From Paragordius varius (Eukaryota; Animalia; Nematomorpha): a stretch of 64,000 nucleotides of DNA. The position numbers and the translations under genes are program-made. The notes under the pieces are model-generated. The model ran no database searches and was not told the origin of the DNA. It saw only the letters and a list, made by a program, of their open reading frames with translations. Positions 1-11,800 of this stretch are shown one piece after another. The stretch is taken from positions 4,836,001-4,900,000 of the forward strand of contig OZ176050.1 in assembly GCA_964247055.1 (NCBI GenBank), in the 5' to 3' direction. Each line of letters begins with the position of its first letter. The stretch's first letter is position 1.

Positions 1-189
1 CTCAATATTCTTTTGATAATAAAAAGCACTTATTTAGCCCAATATATTAAGGTTAAGAAATAATTTTAGAAAATTTTAAATTTTTACATATCTTAGTAAA
101 TTTACATTGCTTTATTCAAATCATTGCCTAATAATGTTATATATTGTTATAACACTGCGTTTAAAATAGGGGGGTTTAAAAAAATATCC

Positions 190-1253
190 TGATTAATATA
201 TATATCCTGAGAGGAAAATGTATCGAGATTATAATGATACTTTTGGTTTTAGCCCTTACTAATTAAGATAGTTTTATAAACTTTTTTGGTAACTGCTATA
301 TATCAGAAAATGACAAAATTTTCGCATATTTTGTATAAATCTTTCTTGGTGAAAGCTAAATGCTTTATTTCAAATATCACTAGCATAACAATTTATAAAA
401 TTTTAATTTTTTGATGAGGGCACAGAAAGTCCCAATATCCTTAGTGAAACGCAAAAATGCCGAGTTAGCGCGATAAATTTTTAAATGTATGTTAAATTTG
501 GACATCAAAAAAGTTTTTTTCCAAAAAAAATGGACATTTCTTTTACGCCAAAATTTTGGTGAAGCGTACTTTATACTATTTTGAGGCATTATGGAAACGG
601 TATAAAAACTCTTTAAAATGTTTTATATATAATTCGATGATGCTGAACATTTCTATCACTCCAGAATTTGAAATATCCGCTTACCCTTAAATTTATTTTA
701 TTTACATTGTGTTTTTCACGAGCAAACGAACCATTAAATTAAAATTCTCTGATAAGTAAAAAATGTTCAATATAAAAAAGGTTTGTGTAATATCCTAAAG
801 CGATTTTATACTGTTTCTATCATGCCTCAAAATATCAAGTAGGATTCAACAAAATTTGCTAAAAATTAAATTTTTAAGCGAAATATCCATTTTTCTGAAA
901 AATTTTTGTGTCAAAATTTTATTTTTGCGTTCATTTTAGGAGAACTAGACCATACTAGCGGCAAAAATTGGGACTTTGGGAGCCCACATGTAAAAATAAA
1001 AAACTTATAATATTGTGATACTTTTTATATTTAGTTTATAATGTATTTTAGTAATATTTTTTGGAAGGAAACTTCACCAAAAACTTTTATTACCAAAAGT
1101 GCGCAAGTTTTGCCATTTTCTGATATGGATCAGGTACCAAAAAATCAAAAATTACTTTCTAAAATCACTCAAAAGGGCCAAACCCAAAAGTCCATGATAA
1201 TTTTCGATTATATATATATATTTGATCAAGGTTTTTTTTGTGGACACTGTGTA
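190..1253. mobile_element. Foldback MITE (Tc1/mariner-type end), about 1.1 kb, long imperfect inverted arms
   Basis: Right end reads TACACAGTGTCCACAAAA on the - strand (TA at 1252-1253). Motifs ATATCAGAAAATG-CAAAA, TTGGTGAA and GGG-C-AAAGTCCCA occur on + at 300-440 and inverted at 970-1130. Related copies at 29792 and 51777. Confidence 0.65.
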
Positions 1254-1915
1254 ATACAAAATATCCTACACGATCTTTAATCAAATATTTTATCGTTAAT
1301 CAAATTACGTTTATAATTTGTAATTTGTTTTTGCAAAATATTAGACAAATATAAAATCGAGACACTTATTTACCGATATAGCAAATCAAACATGGTTAAA
1401 ACTAGTTTTGATAGAATGTACAAAGTCAATAAATTAAGTACATATAGAGTAAACAGAGGTGACTTAAACACAACCAAAAAAATGCAAAATGAACCAGTTT
1501 TTTGCGAAATTCAAGATAAATTAAGTATTGCGCAAAAGAGCTAAGACACAAACTTAAATTAATTATAACATTTCATTTATTTGATTTTAATTGTATAATG
1601 ATTAAAAATAAATATATATAGATATATATTAATTGGGTCATCATTCTAATAAAAATATATCAAAATGAAAGATCAAATTTAAATATTGTATAATTTGTTC
1701 GCTTTTATAACCATAAATGTATAGGGTTACATATAATTCTACGGTTTATTTAAATTAAACAATTTAATAAATACTAAAATGAATGCAACTATTATTGGTC
1801 GATTAGGGATAAAATTTGATTAAACATACACCATTCCATGCAAATGTTTTTTGTGAACACAAAATTGTGATATCGAAGATTAAATAAATATTATATTTAT
1901 AGATAGATATATAAT

Positions 1916-4900
1916 TTAGTCAAGTTTGTAAAGTCGAACTATGATTTGAGGTAAGGAGACATTATTATTTAAGCAATTATTATTGTTTGTAATATAACTA
2001 GGGTCATCTTTGTGTGTCGTAGCTGGTGTCATATTGGCCGTTTGTCGAGCAAACACATTGCTATCTGGTTGAATCATAATGTGTGCATAGTAACGAGAGG
2101 CATCCACCATATGTTGAACGACTGTATCATTCAACAAAACAGCAATGTAATTTTCACCCTTCCACGAATCCGGAAACGTGGTATTGTAACACAATCCTCC
2201 TGGATTAACAATTTTAAGCGATTGTACCGTTCCAACGGATTCTGAATTGATTAGTTGCCCGAAATCGCTTTGAGTTGTATTATGGTTTTGGATTAAAGAT
2301 CCCTCTGAAGAATTACTCTTAACTTCTGCCGATGGCCCGCTTAATTCTAAGCATCCTTTACTAGGAGGTACTATAGAGTTGTCATTGGTATCGGATTGTT
2401 GAGCAACTATTTCGGTTCCTAGAACCCGAACCATCAAAATTATTTTGAGATTCGATGGGGGCGAAATGTTTTGAGACGATGAGGCATATGTCCCATCTTC
2501 CGTACTACTCCCTGGAGTATATAATTGTTGATTATCAGTCGTCGGTGAATTTAGTTCAGCACCAATATTTACATCATTCGCTGTAGTATTTGGATAGCAC
2601 TGTTTCAAAATTTGTGGGAAAGCATGACAAAGCTTTTCACACAATTCCCGGTAGTTGAGTTCATACAAGTACATGAGATGAAAGATTGGTTCAGTTGACC
2701 CCACATCGTCAGTGTTGCTTGACCCATCATTGACATCATCGAATAACTTAATGTTTCATTAATTAACAACGATAACGTTATGATATTGATATATAAATAT
2801 ATGTATGTTTATTTTTAACTGAAATGTAACAATGGGAAGAAAATTTAGAGAATAGTAGATTAAGAAATGATTTTAAGTATTAAGCATTTTAATTCCTTTT
2901 AACTTATATATTTGTATAAAAAATATCTATACCTCAAATGATGTTGAAGTTAAATCTGGCATGGAATGAGTGTCACAAGAACCAATATTTTTTTCGCTTC
3001 GCATATCATCGGCTCCTGGCCAACATAATCTACAAAATTTATGAATATTTATGAATTATATGATCTTTTAATGCACTCAATAATTAATTCTAATATTTGT
3101 AAAATTGTTAAACATACAATATAAGTAATAGGGTATTTAACCTATCCCTTTATGTAATATGACAATGTTTTTTTAGAATAATTTGTCAATGTAATGCATT
3201 ACCTTATGTGATTGCTAATAAATGCAGGAGTAAGCAAAGTTTTAGGAATCCGACGCGTGATATACAAAGTCAATCTTGGCCGGGCTGGTATACACTGCAG
3301 GGCGTTATTGAGACGTATACCATCCGCAACGCCACAAATATCAATTAAATCTTGACGTGAAAGTCGACGCATATCAAGAGCCGAAAAATCTTTAAAACAA
3401 TTTATGATGAAGGGGCTAAATGCATGACTTTCCAACCAAGCCGCTGTGTCACTACTATGAGTGCTATGATTGTTATAAAATGCCGATCGATAGCCATTAT
3501 TAGCATGATGCGATTGGGTGGTATGAAAAATTTGTTGGATACTCTGGGTAAAATTGGTGTAATACGGATTCGCTACGTCTTTATTTAATGCAGTATTTGA
3601 TGGTATGTTGAAGCTTGGTTGATGATTATAGGTATGAGCAAAATGGTAATGGTTGCCATTAGTTGGTCCATGTGTATCATTGTAAAATGTAATGTCTTCG
3701 TGTTCCACGAGTGGTGAAGGTCCATTGACTCCACTAGAACCCGTCTCTATGAATCCGGTTGCTGCCACGCCACCACCAAGCTCATAAGCGGTTAAACTAA
3801 ATTGGGAAGATGTGTCTTCCAAAAATAAATTCCCAATGTTAGATTGAAAAGTTGCGTTACCACCACCATGTGGAGCAGACGATTGTGATGGAAATGTTTT
3901 CAAGGTTGGAGTTGTAAGTGAAAAGGAATTGATTGAAGTACTACCAATGTGATTGATATTTAAATTATTATTGGTACTTATTATACCAGCATTACTATTT
4001 GCTGGTTGAGCATTTAATGATTCAAAGGTGGATGTTATCATTTGAACCTGATTATTGAAACCAGTAACGCTGCTGGAATTCGATGTAAACGATAAGGATT
4101 GGGATTCTCCACCATACCGTTTTTTAGTAATTTGTTGAGTTTTAACCGATTGTTTAGCAACCGAAGATGATATAGTTTGGCCTCCTGATACACTACTAAG
4201 ACTTTTTCCGGTAAAATTTTCATTTAATCCGGTATATTTCGCATCTCCAAAATTGTTTGCATTTGCCATACCATTCTTAGCGGACAAGTTTGAAGAAAGA
4301 GCTTTTTCAAAGGTGTCATCTTCATCACACGTTGTATCATCGATTTCTCGGCGTTTTTCAGGCAAAGATTTATTGATTGTCGAGGCAGAATTGGCATTCA
4401 GTTGAAGTAATTTGGATACGTTTGGTTTTGTGTGGTCGTCATCTTCATCATCAGCCAGAGTGTGATATAATTTGTAATTGCTTAAAGTAGCGGACATAAG
4501 TGAAGATGTTGGTAAGGTTCCCATCGTTTTGTGAAACAATTTCGGTTTGGCTGCTTTAATGATCCGTTTGTTGGGGGATATGGATTGAATTGTAGTTGCA
4601 ATTACATTATTACTAATATTATTGTTAGTACTAGCATGGAATAGTTGGGATTGATTTTGTACCTGCATTTGGGACTTATTATTATTGTTTAGGGTAGGAT
4701 GAGGTGTTGGGTAAAACACATTATTATAATCGAAAATTCCACTTGATTGATTGGGTATATAGGAAGGGGGATTTAAATTAGCATTCGTAAATTTTGCGAT
4801 TGTTTGTACATCAGTATGGGAATTAACGAAACTGTAAGATATATTATTATTTCTATCTATTACAGTTTGTGGTGTCTGATCACCTGAAGAAGCAGTGTCC

Positions 4901-5763
4901 GATGTCAAAACGGCAGTCAAACACATATAATCAGCATTATTTGTATTTTCCGATAAAACTGTAAATGGACATGAAGGTTGGTATTTAAATTTATCGTTTG
5001 GGAGTTGCTTTTCAAATTTTTCACGATCAGTTTTATGTTTACGATCGGCGCCTTTGGGTTTAAATATCTTTACTTGACACCCGGCTGAATAAATTAATTT
5101 AAATTGCCCATCTTCTAAAGCATATGTTTCAGTTTGAAGTCTAAATGGCACACCCTTTTCCCCACCATGTTTTTTGGGAGTGAATTCAGTACTTATACAA
5201 TTAATTTTTATGTATAAACTGGCCGTTTTAAATGGGTCCCAAGAAACTTCGACTAGATTAAGATTATAGGGCAAATTTTTGGCATCTATTATACCCCGAG
5301 ATAAAGGGGTATCGACTTCTAGTATCCGCTCAGCCGGATGTTCGGATCTCCAAAGTGATATTTGTTTATCCTCACAATACAGCAAGCGTCTATCATGAAA
5401 CGTAACTTTTACATAACTTTTAAGTAAGGTAGTTTTTTTAGTTATACCATTTCCAAAACATTGAAATTTTAGTTCATAAGGTTGCCCCTGATTTAAATAA
5501 GTTAAGGATTCTTCTTCAACTTTCATGGCAGGCGATGTAGGGGCATTTAGTATAACACTTATAACTTGATCTGATTGCGATGATCCCGGTTGATTATGTG
5601 CTTCAACATGGCCTCTGTGATCACCATCGAAAAGCGGTAAAGCCATTAGAGTATCGGTAATGTTGAAATTTGAGTTATCAATTTTAATGCACAAACCCGA
5701 TAAAGAATCATCCAAATGCTCATTTATGACATGGTCAACTGCATTATTCCATAGAATTGACAT
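1916..5763 (-). CDS. TFCP2: LSF/CP2-family transcription factor (TFCP2/UBP1/gemini-like), 3 exons: 5763-3203, 3029-2933, 2746-1916; about 1162 aa
   Basis: CP2 DNA-binding domain (LTYLNQGQPYE, INCISTEFTPKKHGGEKGVPFRLQ, QVKIFKPKGADRKHKTDREK). LSF-type SAM domain (FSALDMRRLSRQDLIDICGVADGIRLNNAL). C-terminal motifs FHLMYLYELNYRELCEKL and IAVLLNDTVVQHM. Both GT-AG introns keep the reading frame. Confidence 0.9.
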
Positions 5764-5888
5764 TAGGGGGAATAATTAATTCTATTATGTGTGACGCAAT
5801 CAAGTACACGATGTAAAAAGAGTAACGAAAACAAAAGAACGAGGCGATATTAAAACACTCGTTTATGCATATGCAAATATATGCATGA
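5764..5888. promoter_or_regulatory. Bidirectional promoter region between divergent TFCP2 and FTSJ1 start codons (125 bp)
   Basis: Head-to-head ATGs at 5763 (-) and 5889 (+). Contains an octamer ATGCAAAT (5871-5878) and a CRE-like TGACGCAA; the function of these motifs is unverified. Confidence 0.6.
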
Positions 5889-8800
5889 ATGGGCAAATCG
5901 TCCAAAGACAAGCGTGATATTTTTTATCGGTTAGCAAAGGAGGAGGGATGGAGAGCCAGAAGCGCATTTAAATTGTTGCAGATTAATGAAAAATATAAAG
6001 TTTTGGAAAATGTTAATTATGTTGTAGATCTATGCGCTGCACCTGGTAAAATTTATATTATATTTAATTATTAAATATCTACATTTGCTTAATATGTTCA
6101 TATAAAATAAGTGTTTTTTTAGGTAGTTGGAGTCAGGTATTGGCAAAATATTTGGATCCAGTAACACATACAAATCGGAAAATTGTTGCTGTAGATTTGC
6201 AAGATATGGCCCCCATACCTGGTGTAACACAATTAAAAGGTATTTTGTGCCAATGTAACTGTATTTTAGGCGATATAACTAGTGCCGAAACTGTCCTAAA
6301 TATTTTAGAGTTATTTGTTGATCAAAAGGCTGATCTCATTATTTGTGATGGAGCTCCTGATGTTACTGGCTTCCATGATATGGATGAATATATTCAACAC
6401 CAACTTTTGATATCAGCACTTAATATAACGTTGCATTTACTAAAAACCGGGGGGAATTTTGTTGCCAAAATATTTCGTTCAGGGGAATGTGACATTATAT
6501 ACCGAAAGATTCGGCGGTATTTTGAACATGTAATTCGATTTATTTATAATGCGTTTTAATAAAACAATTTTTTAAATAAACCGTAATAATATTTTATACT
6601 AATTTTAAAATTTTTGTAAATTTAGGTAACTTTTGTTAAACCGTCCTCCAGCCGAACTAGTAGTGTGGAAGCTTTTGTCGTCTGCCAAAATCTTTTGCCG
6701 TTTGATATGGATATTGGAACTGAATTACATGGGCGCGATAAACTATTAGACCTTGTTTCAAGATTTGACCAAGAGATAAGCATCGATCCAGATCCAGTAA
6801 AGTTTTTATGTTAATTTTAATCGCAAAAATATAAAAGGCTCATTGATTTAAGACCGCTTAACTGTAATGATAAATTTAGTGGGTTAACGAAGATTAATTG
6901 GTAATAAATTAAGTGGGTGACGACGATGGGTTGTTAAAAAAGATTCGTGTTAACGTCATGAATAATGAAAGAAAATAAAATAAATTTATTATAGACTCAA
7001 ATTTTCGCCCAATGGCATCATCATCAGGAAAGAAAAAATTTTTAAAATGAAAGTAAATGTGAGACAAATCAATACATATAAATTGATACAATAGACAAAG
7101 GAAAGTAACATAAAAGAAACCGTTATAATCTTGAGCGCATGTGCAATATAATTTAATAAGAACATAAATATATATACATTATCAGACAAATAAAACAGAA
7201 ATTATCAAAAATAAAAAAAATTTCCAAGTAATATCAATGCTGTATAAAGTTTTTGGAATAAAAATATTACGGCTTTTTATGAAAATTTTGGTTTGAGGGT
7301 GAATTTCTCTTTTTTCTTCTCGCCTATTTAAAAGGTCATGTTCAAAGCTCTGTATGAATAAGGCTTCCTTTGTCAGTCTAGACTTGAGTTTCTTCTCTAT
7401 TCCCAAGATATCTATTGTTGTAGAACAACAGTGATCATTGTCAAAGCAATGTAAGAACATTGCTGAATTCTTGCATCTTACATGTTCTTTGTACCTCAAT
7501 TTGATGTCACGTTTGACTGACCTATATATTTGGCAGGACAGTCTCTACAATTCAATCTGTATATTGTGTTTTCCAGCTCGACATCGCGAGTTCTCAACAT
7601 AGTGAGAACGTTCGCAGTAGGTTTGTAGTAAACCTTTAAATTCTTTTTCCTTTTTAAAATTTTGCCTAGGCTGGCAGAAAATCCGCTGTATGGAAGGCAA
7701 ACATTACGAACAATTGGGATACAGGTAGATGATTGCGATTCATTTGTATGACAAGTGATCGGTGTTGCAGTGTCTCTGTGTCATTAATAGGATTGATCGA
7801 TGCTGATGTATTTTTGTTTTTTAGGACTGCGTTAACGGCAGACGTGATCCATTCCTGGTGGTAACCCTGGCGTAGCAGATATTGCACGACTTCACCTGTC
7901 TGTTTTATCTGCATTTCTAATGTGTTTGGTAGAAGGAGTGTACGCTTTATGTAGCTAGATACTATGGCTTTGTAGGTGGATGGCGGGTGATTAGATTCCA
8001 AAGACAGGAAGCTGAAATTAAATAATTTTTTATAATGGACTTTGGTGGTTTTGGATATCTGGTTGTCATTGCGAATTTTAGATATGACAATGTCTAAAAA
8101 AGGTATTGAGTTGTCGATTTCCTCTTCTTTTGTGAATTTTATTCCGATTCGTTGTTTAGCGCTATAAATAATTAATTTTGGTTAATTTCTGAATCTATTA
8201 TTAAGATGTCATCAACATATCTCTTGTAAAATTTTATTTCGTTGTTCGCCAAAACGCTTTTCTCAATGTGTTGGAGGCACAATTCACCTATGACTTAAGA
8301 GAAACTGCTACCCATAGGGGTTCCGTTTTATTTGTAATATTCACCTTTAAAGGAGAAATAGTTGTTGCGCAAAACTGTTTGGATTAAGAGGATGCATGAA
8401 CTGATGTGGAGATGCTTTTCAAAATAGTCTCTATGTTTGTAAACGAATTCCTTTAGAATATTTTCTGCCCAGAAGAGGTATAGTCGTGTATAGTGATGTT
8501 ACATCAAACGATGATAATTTATCCTCCTCTGTTATCATTAAGTTCCGAATTTTTTGTGTCAGATCAAATAAATTTTTAACACCGTGTATATAATTGCCTA
8601 GTAAGGGGTTGAATAATTTTGTTAGAAATTTACTTATATTATAGGTTGGAGCTGTTCTATAATCAACTATTGGCCTTAACGGATTGGAAGGCTTGTGAAT
8701 TTTAGGATTAGCGTAAAACTTAGGACATTTTTGTGAATGGGGGACCAACCTTTTGTAAGTACTATCATCAAGGTGTTGTTTACTCTTTATATTTTTTAAT

Positions 8801-11800
8801 AATTTCGTTTTTTGGTCAATTGTTTTTTGAGTAGGGTTTTGATTTAACCGAGTATATGTGAGTTCGTCTGAAAGCATTTCTTTTACGTTCTTTTCGTAAT
8901 CAGTTGTGTTCATAGCTACTATAAATTTGCCCTTGTCTGCTTTGGCAAACATGACGTCCTTATATGTTTTTAACGTTTTAATAATTTTAATGTCTTCTTT
9001 GTTACTGTTGGGTTTGACATGTATGGTGCGTTTCAATGTTTTGTATAAATCGTTTCTAGTTTGGTCGTCGTTCTGGTCCAAAACGTCTTCAAATATTGTT
9101 ACGAATTCTCTGGTATTGACTCTGGTTACTGGTGCATGTTTCGGTTCTTTGTTAAGCAGATCCACCTCGTTAGGAGAAAAAGATTTCGAAGATAGGTTTA
9201 TGAAGTTTTTGTGTGTGTTTTCTGGTATGATGTGTTTATTATTATTTCTTAATAGTTCTCTAAACTTCTTATCGTGTCTTTTTTCTGTTTCGTACTTAAT
9301 TTTTTCACAATTATCTTCAACTTCATTGTTTACGTTGTACTTTTCTATAGGGCTCAAATTTTTTAACCATCCTTCAAGCTTTGATAACTGATTTTTTATC
9401 TCCTGTATGCTTTTAATTTTATTGTGGATCAACGTTTTTAATAAGTTTAAAGAATAATTCAAGTTGATTTTATTTGCGTTAGGGATATGTTTCCCTGTAG
9501 GAGAGATTAAGAACTTTGGAATTACTTTGTATTTCAAACAGTTTTGGAGAAACCGCAAGTCTAACTCAAACTTTACGAGCTTTTTATTATAAAAATTGTA
9601 ATTTTGACTTATAACGCACATTCAAATTGCTCTTCTAAAACAACTGAGGATAAAAATAGAAAATAAAGATGTCGGTAAAGAAATATAGTAAAATTTTTGG
9701 TATAAGTTGAGTGGGTGACGACGAAGTGTTGTTAAATAAAGGAAAAAGAATTTAAAGGTTTACTACAAACCTACTGCGAACTTTCTCACTATGTTGAGAA
9801 CTCGCGATGTCGAGCTGGAAAACACAATATACAGATTGAATTGTAGTGACTGTCCTGCCAAATATATAGGTCAGTCAAACGTGACATCAAATTGAGGTAC
9901 AAAGAACATGTAAGATGCAAGAATTCAGCAATGTTCTTACATTGCTTTGACAATGATCACTGTTGTTCTACAACAATAGATATCTTGGGAATAGAGAAGA
10001 AACTCAAGTCTAGACTGACAAAGGAAGCCTTATTCATACAGAGCTTTGAACATGACCTTTTAAATAGGCGAGAAGAAAAAAGAGAAATTCACCCTCAAAC
10101 CAAAATTTTCATAAAAAGCCGTAATATTTTTATTCCAAAAACTTTATACAGCATTGATATTACTTGGAAATTTTTTTTATTTTTGATAATTTCTGTTTTA
10201 TTTGTCTGATAATGTATATATATTTATGTTCTTATTAAATTATATTGCACATGCGCTCAAGATTATAACGGTTTCTTTTATGTTACTTTCCTTTGTCTAT
10301 TGTATCAATTTATATGTATTGATTTGTCTCACATTTAATTTCATTTTAAAAAATTTTCTTTTAACAACTCCTGATGATGCCATTGGGCGAAAATTTGAGT
10401 CTATAATAAATTTATTTTTATTTTCTTTCATTATTCACGACGTTAACACGAATCTTATTAATTGGTAATATTATAATAAATGTAAATTAATCGATTAGCT
10501 TGTAGAAGGATGTTAATAAATTAACGCGTTTTTAAATTTGGTTTGACATATGTTTTTTATGTCAAAATGTCTTGAAAAGGTTGTATTTATCTTACAAACC
10601 TTGGCATCCTTTTTATATCCCCAATAAAAAAACCCAAGCGCTTACAATGTTGTCTATATCCACAGAACAATATATAAGTTGTGGTGGGGGCAAGAAACTT
10701 TGAATCCGCAGCTTTATCTTTACCTACCTACTTTAAATTTCTGTTAATGTCAAAGAAAATGCTAGCATCACTTTTTAGTTTAAAACATGACGGCGTTTTT
10801 TCCTATAGTTTTTACTCATAAAAAAATTAGACTGAATTTTAAGTAAGTTTAAATAGTTGTGTGAGAAATAAGGCACTACAACGCAATTTTTCGATTTTTG
10901 TCAAATTTAAAAATATGGACATAATAGCGTCATAAAAAATAAATATAATATGAACTACAATTAAATCACAAATTGATAGTATTAGAAACAACCAAGGAAT
11001 TCCAAAACTAAATTCTCCAGAAAACAGAATCATCAAAAATTCTGACATAAGATGTTTAAACTATAAAAAACTCACAGACGACGCGCAGAAAACAGCTAAA
11101 TTTAAATCATCCATAACTGAAAAATTAAAAAAAACTTTACTCTCAAACCCAACTTGGGAAAATTTAAAAAACACTTACATCCATACAGTTGAATGCCTGG
11201 TGGGGAGGAAAAAATCAAAAAAGGTCATCAAAAAAAATATCAATTTTGGTGGAATAATAAAGTGAAAGAGCATATAAAACAGAAAAATTTGGCACATAAA
11301 ATTTGGTTCAAGGAAAAGACACCATTAAATAGAAAATTATATCTAGAATCCAAAAGTTTATGTCGAAAAATTATCAGAAATGCTAAAAATGAGGAAGCGC
11401 TAAAGTATGCGAAAGAAATCGATATTAAAACTAAAAACAAAACTGTATATAAATGGGCTAAAAGCAATAATAATAATAAAACATCCGCACCAAAATCAGT
11501 GAGATTAAACAATACAATAATAAATGATCCAGCTATTGTTAAAAACACCTATCTTACCTACTTCTCGGAAATTTTAAACCTAAACAACCCCATCACGACT
11601 CCTATTACATCAACACCTACTCAAAGCTGTGCCGAAAACCTAACTGAATCAGATATCCATACCGCTTTATGCAAAATGAAAAATAAAAAACTTCCTGGCC
11701 CTTCAGAACTCACGGCCGACATGCTTAAACTAACTGACCCTCAGATTATCGATTCATATCTGACAACTTTATTCAACAATATAATAAAAGACGAAAAAAT

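Larger units (their letters stand above)
6907..10456 (-). mobile_element. Penelope-like retroelement (RT + GIY-YIG), near full length but defective, with 5'-inverted pLTR and 14-bp TSD, in FTSJ1 intron 4
   Basis: - strand: PLE N-terminus ([17 protein letters not shown]), RT motifs [42 protein letters not shown], then GIY-YIG (TIYRLNC..C.AKYIGQS..RYKEH), with several stops and frameshifts. Inverted arms about 6940-7653 and 9738-10456. ATTAATTGGTAATA at 6893-6906 and 10457-10470. Confidence 0.93.

Noticed and set aside
6797-6814. FTSJ1 ending at the in-frame stop 6812-6814, which would place the Penelope in the 3' UTR
   Set aside because: Conserved FTSJ1 C-terminal motifs occur in phase-compatible exons at 13964 and 14444, so 6797 is a splice donor.
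6909-10468. Hydrophobic ORFs 6909-7091, 6989-7189 and 10202-10468 as small membrane proteins
   Set aside because: They arise from the T-rich Penelope 3' region and differ by indels between the arms.
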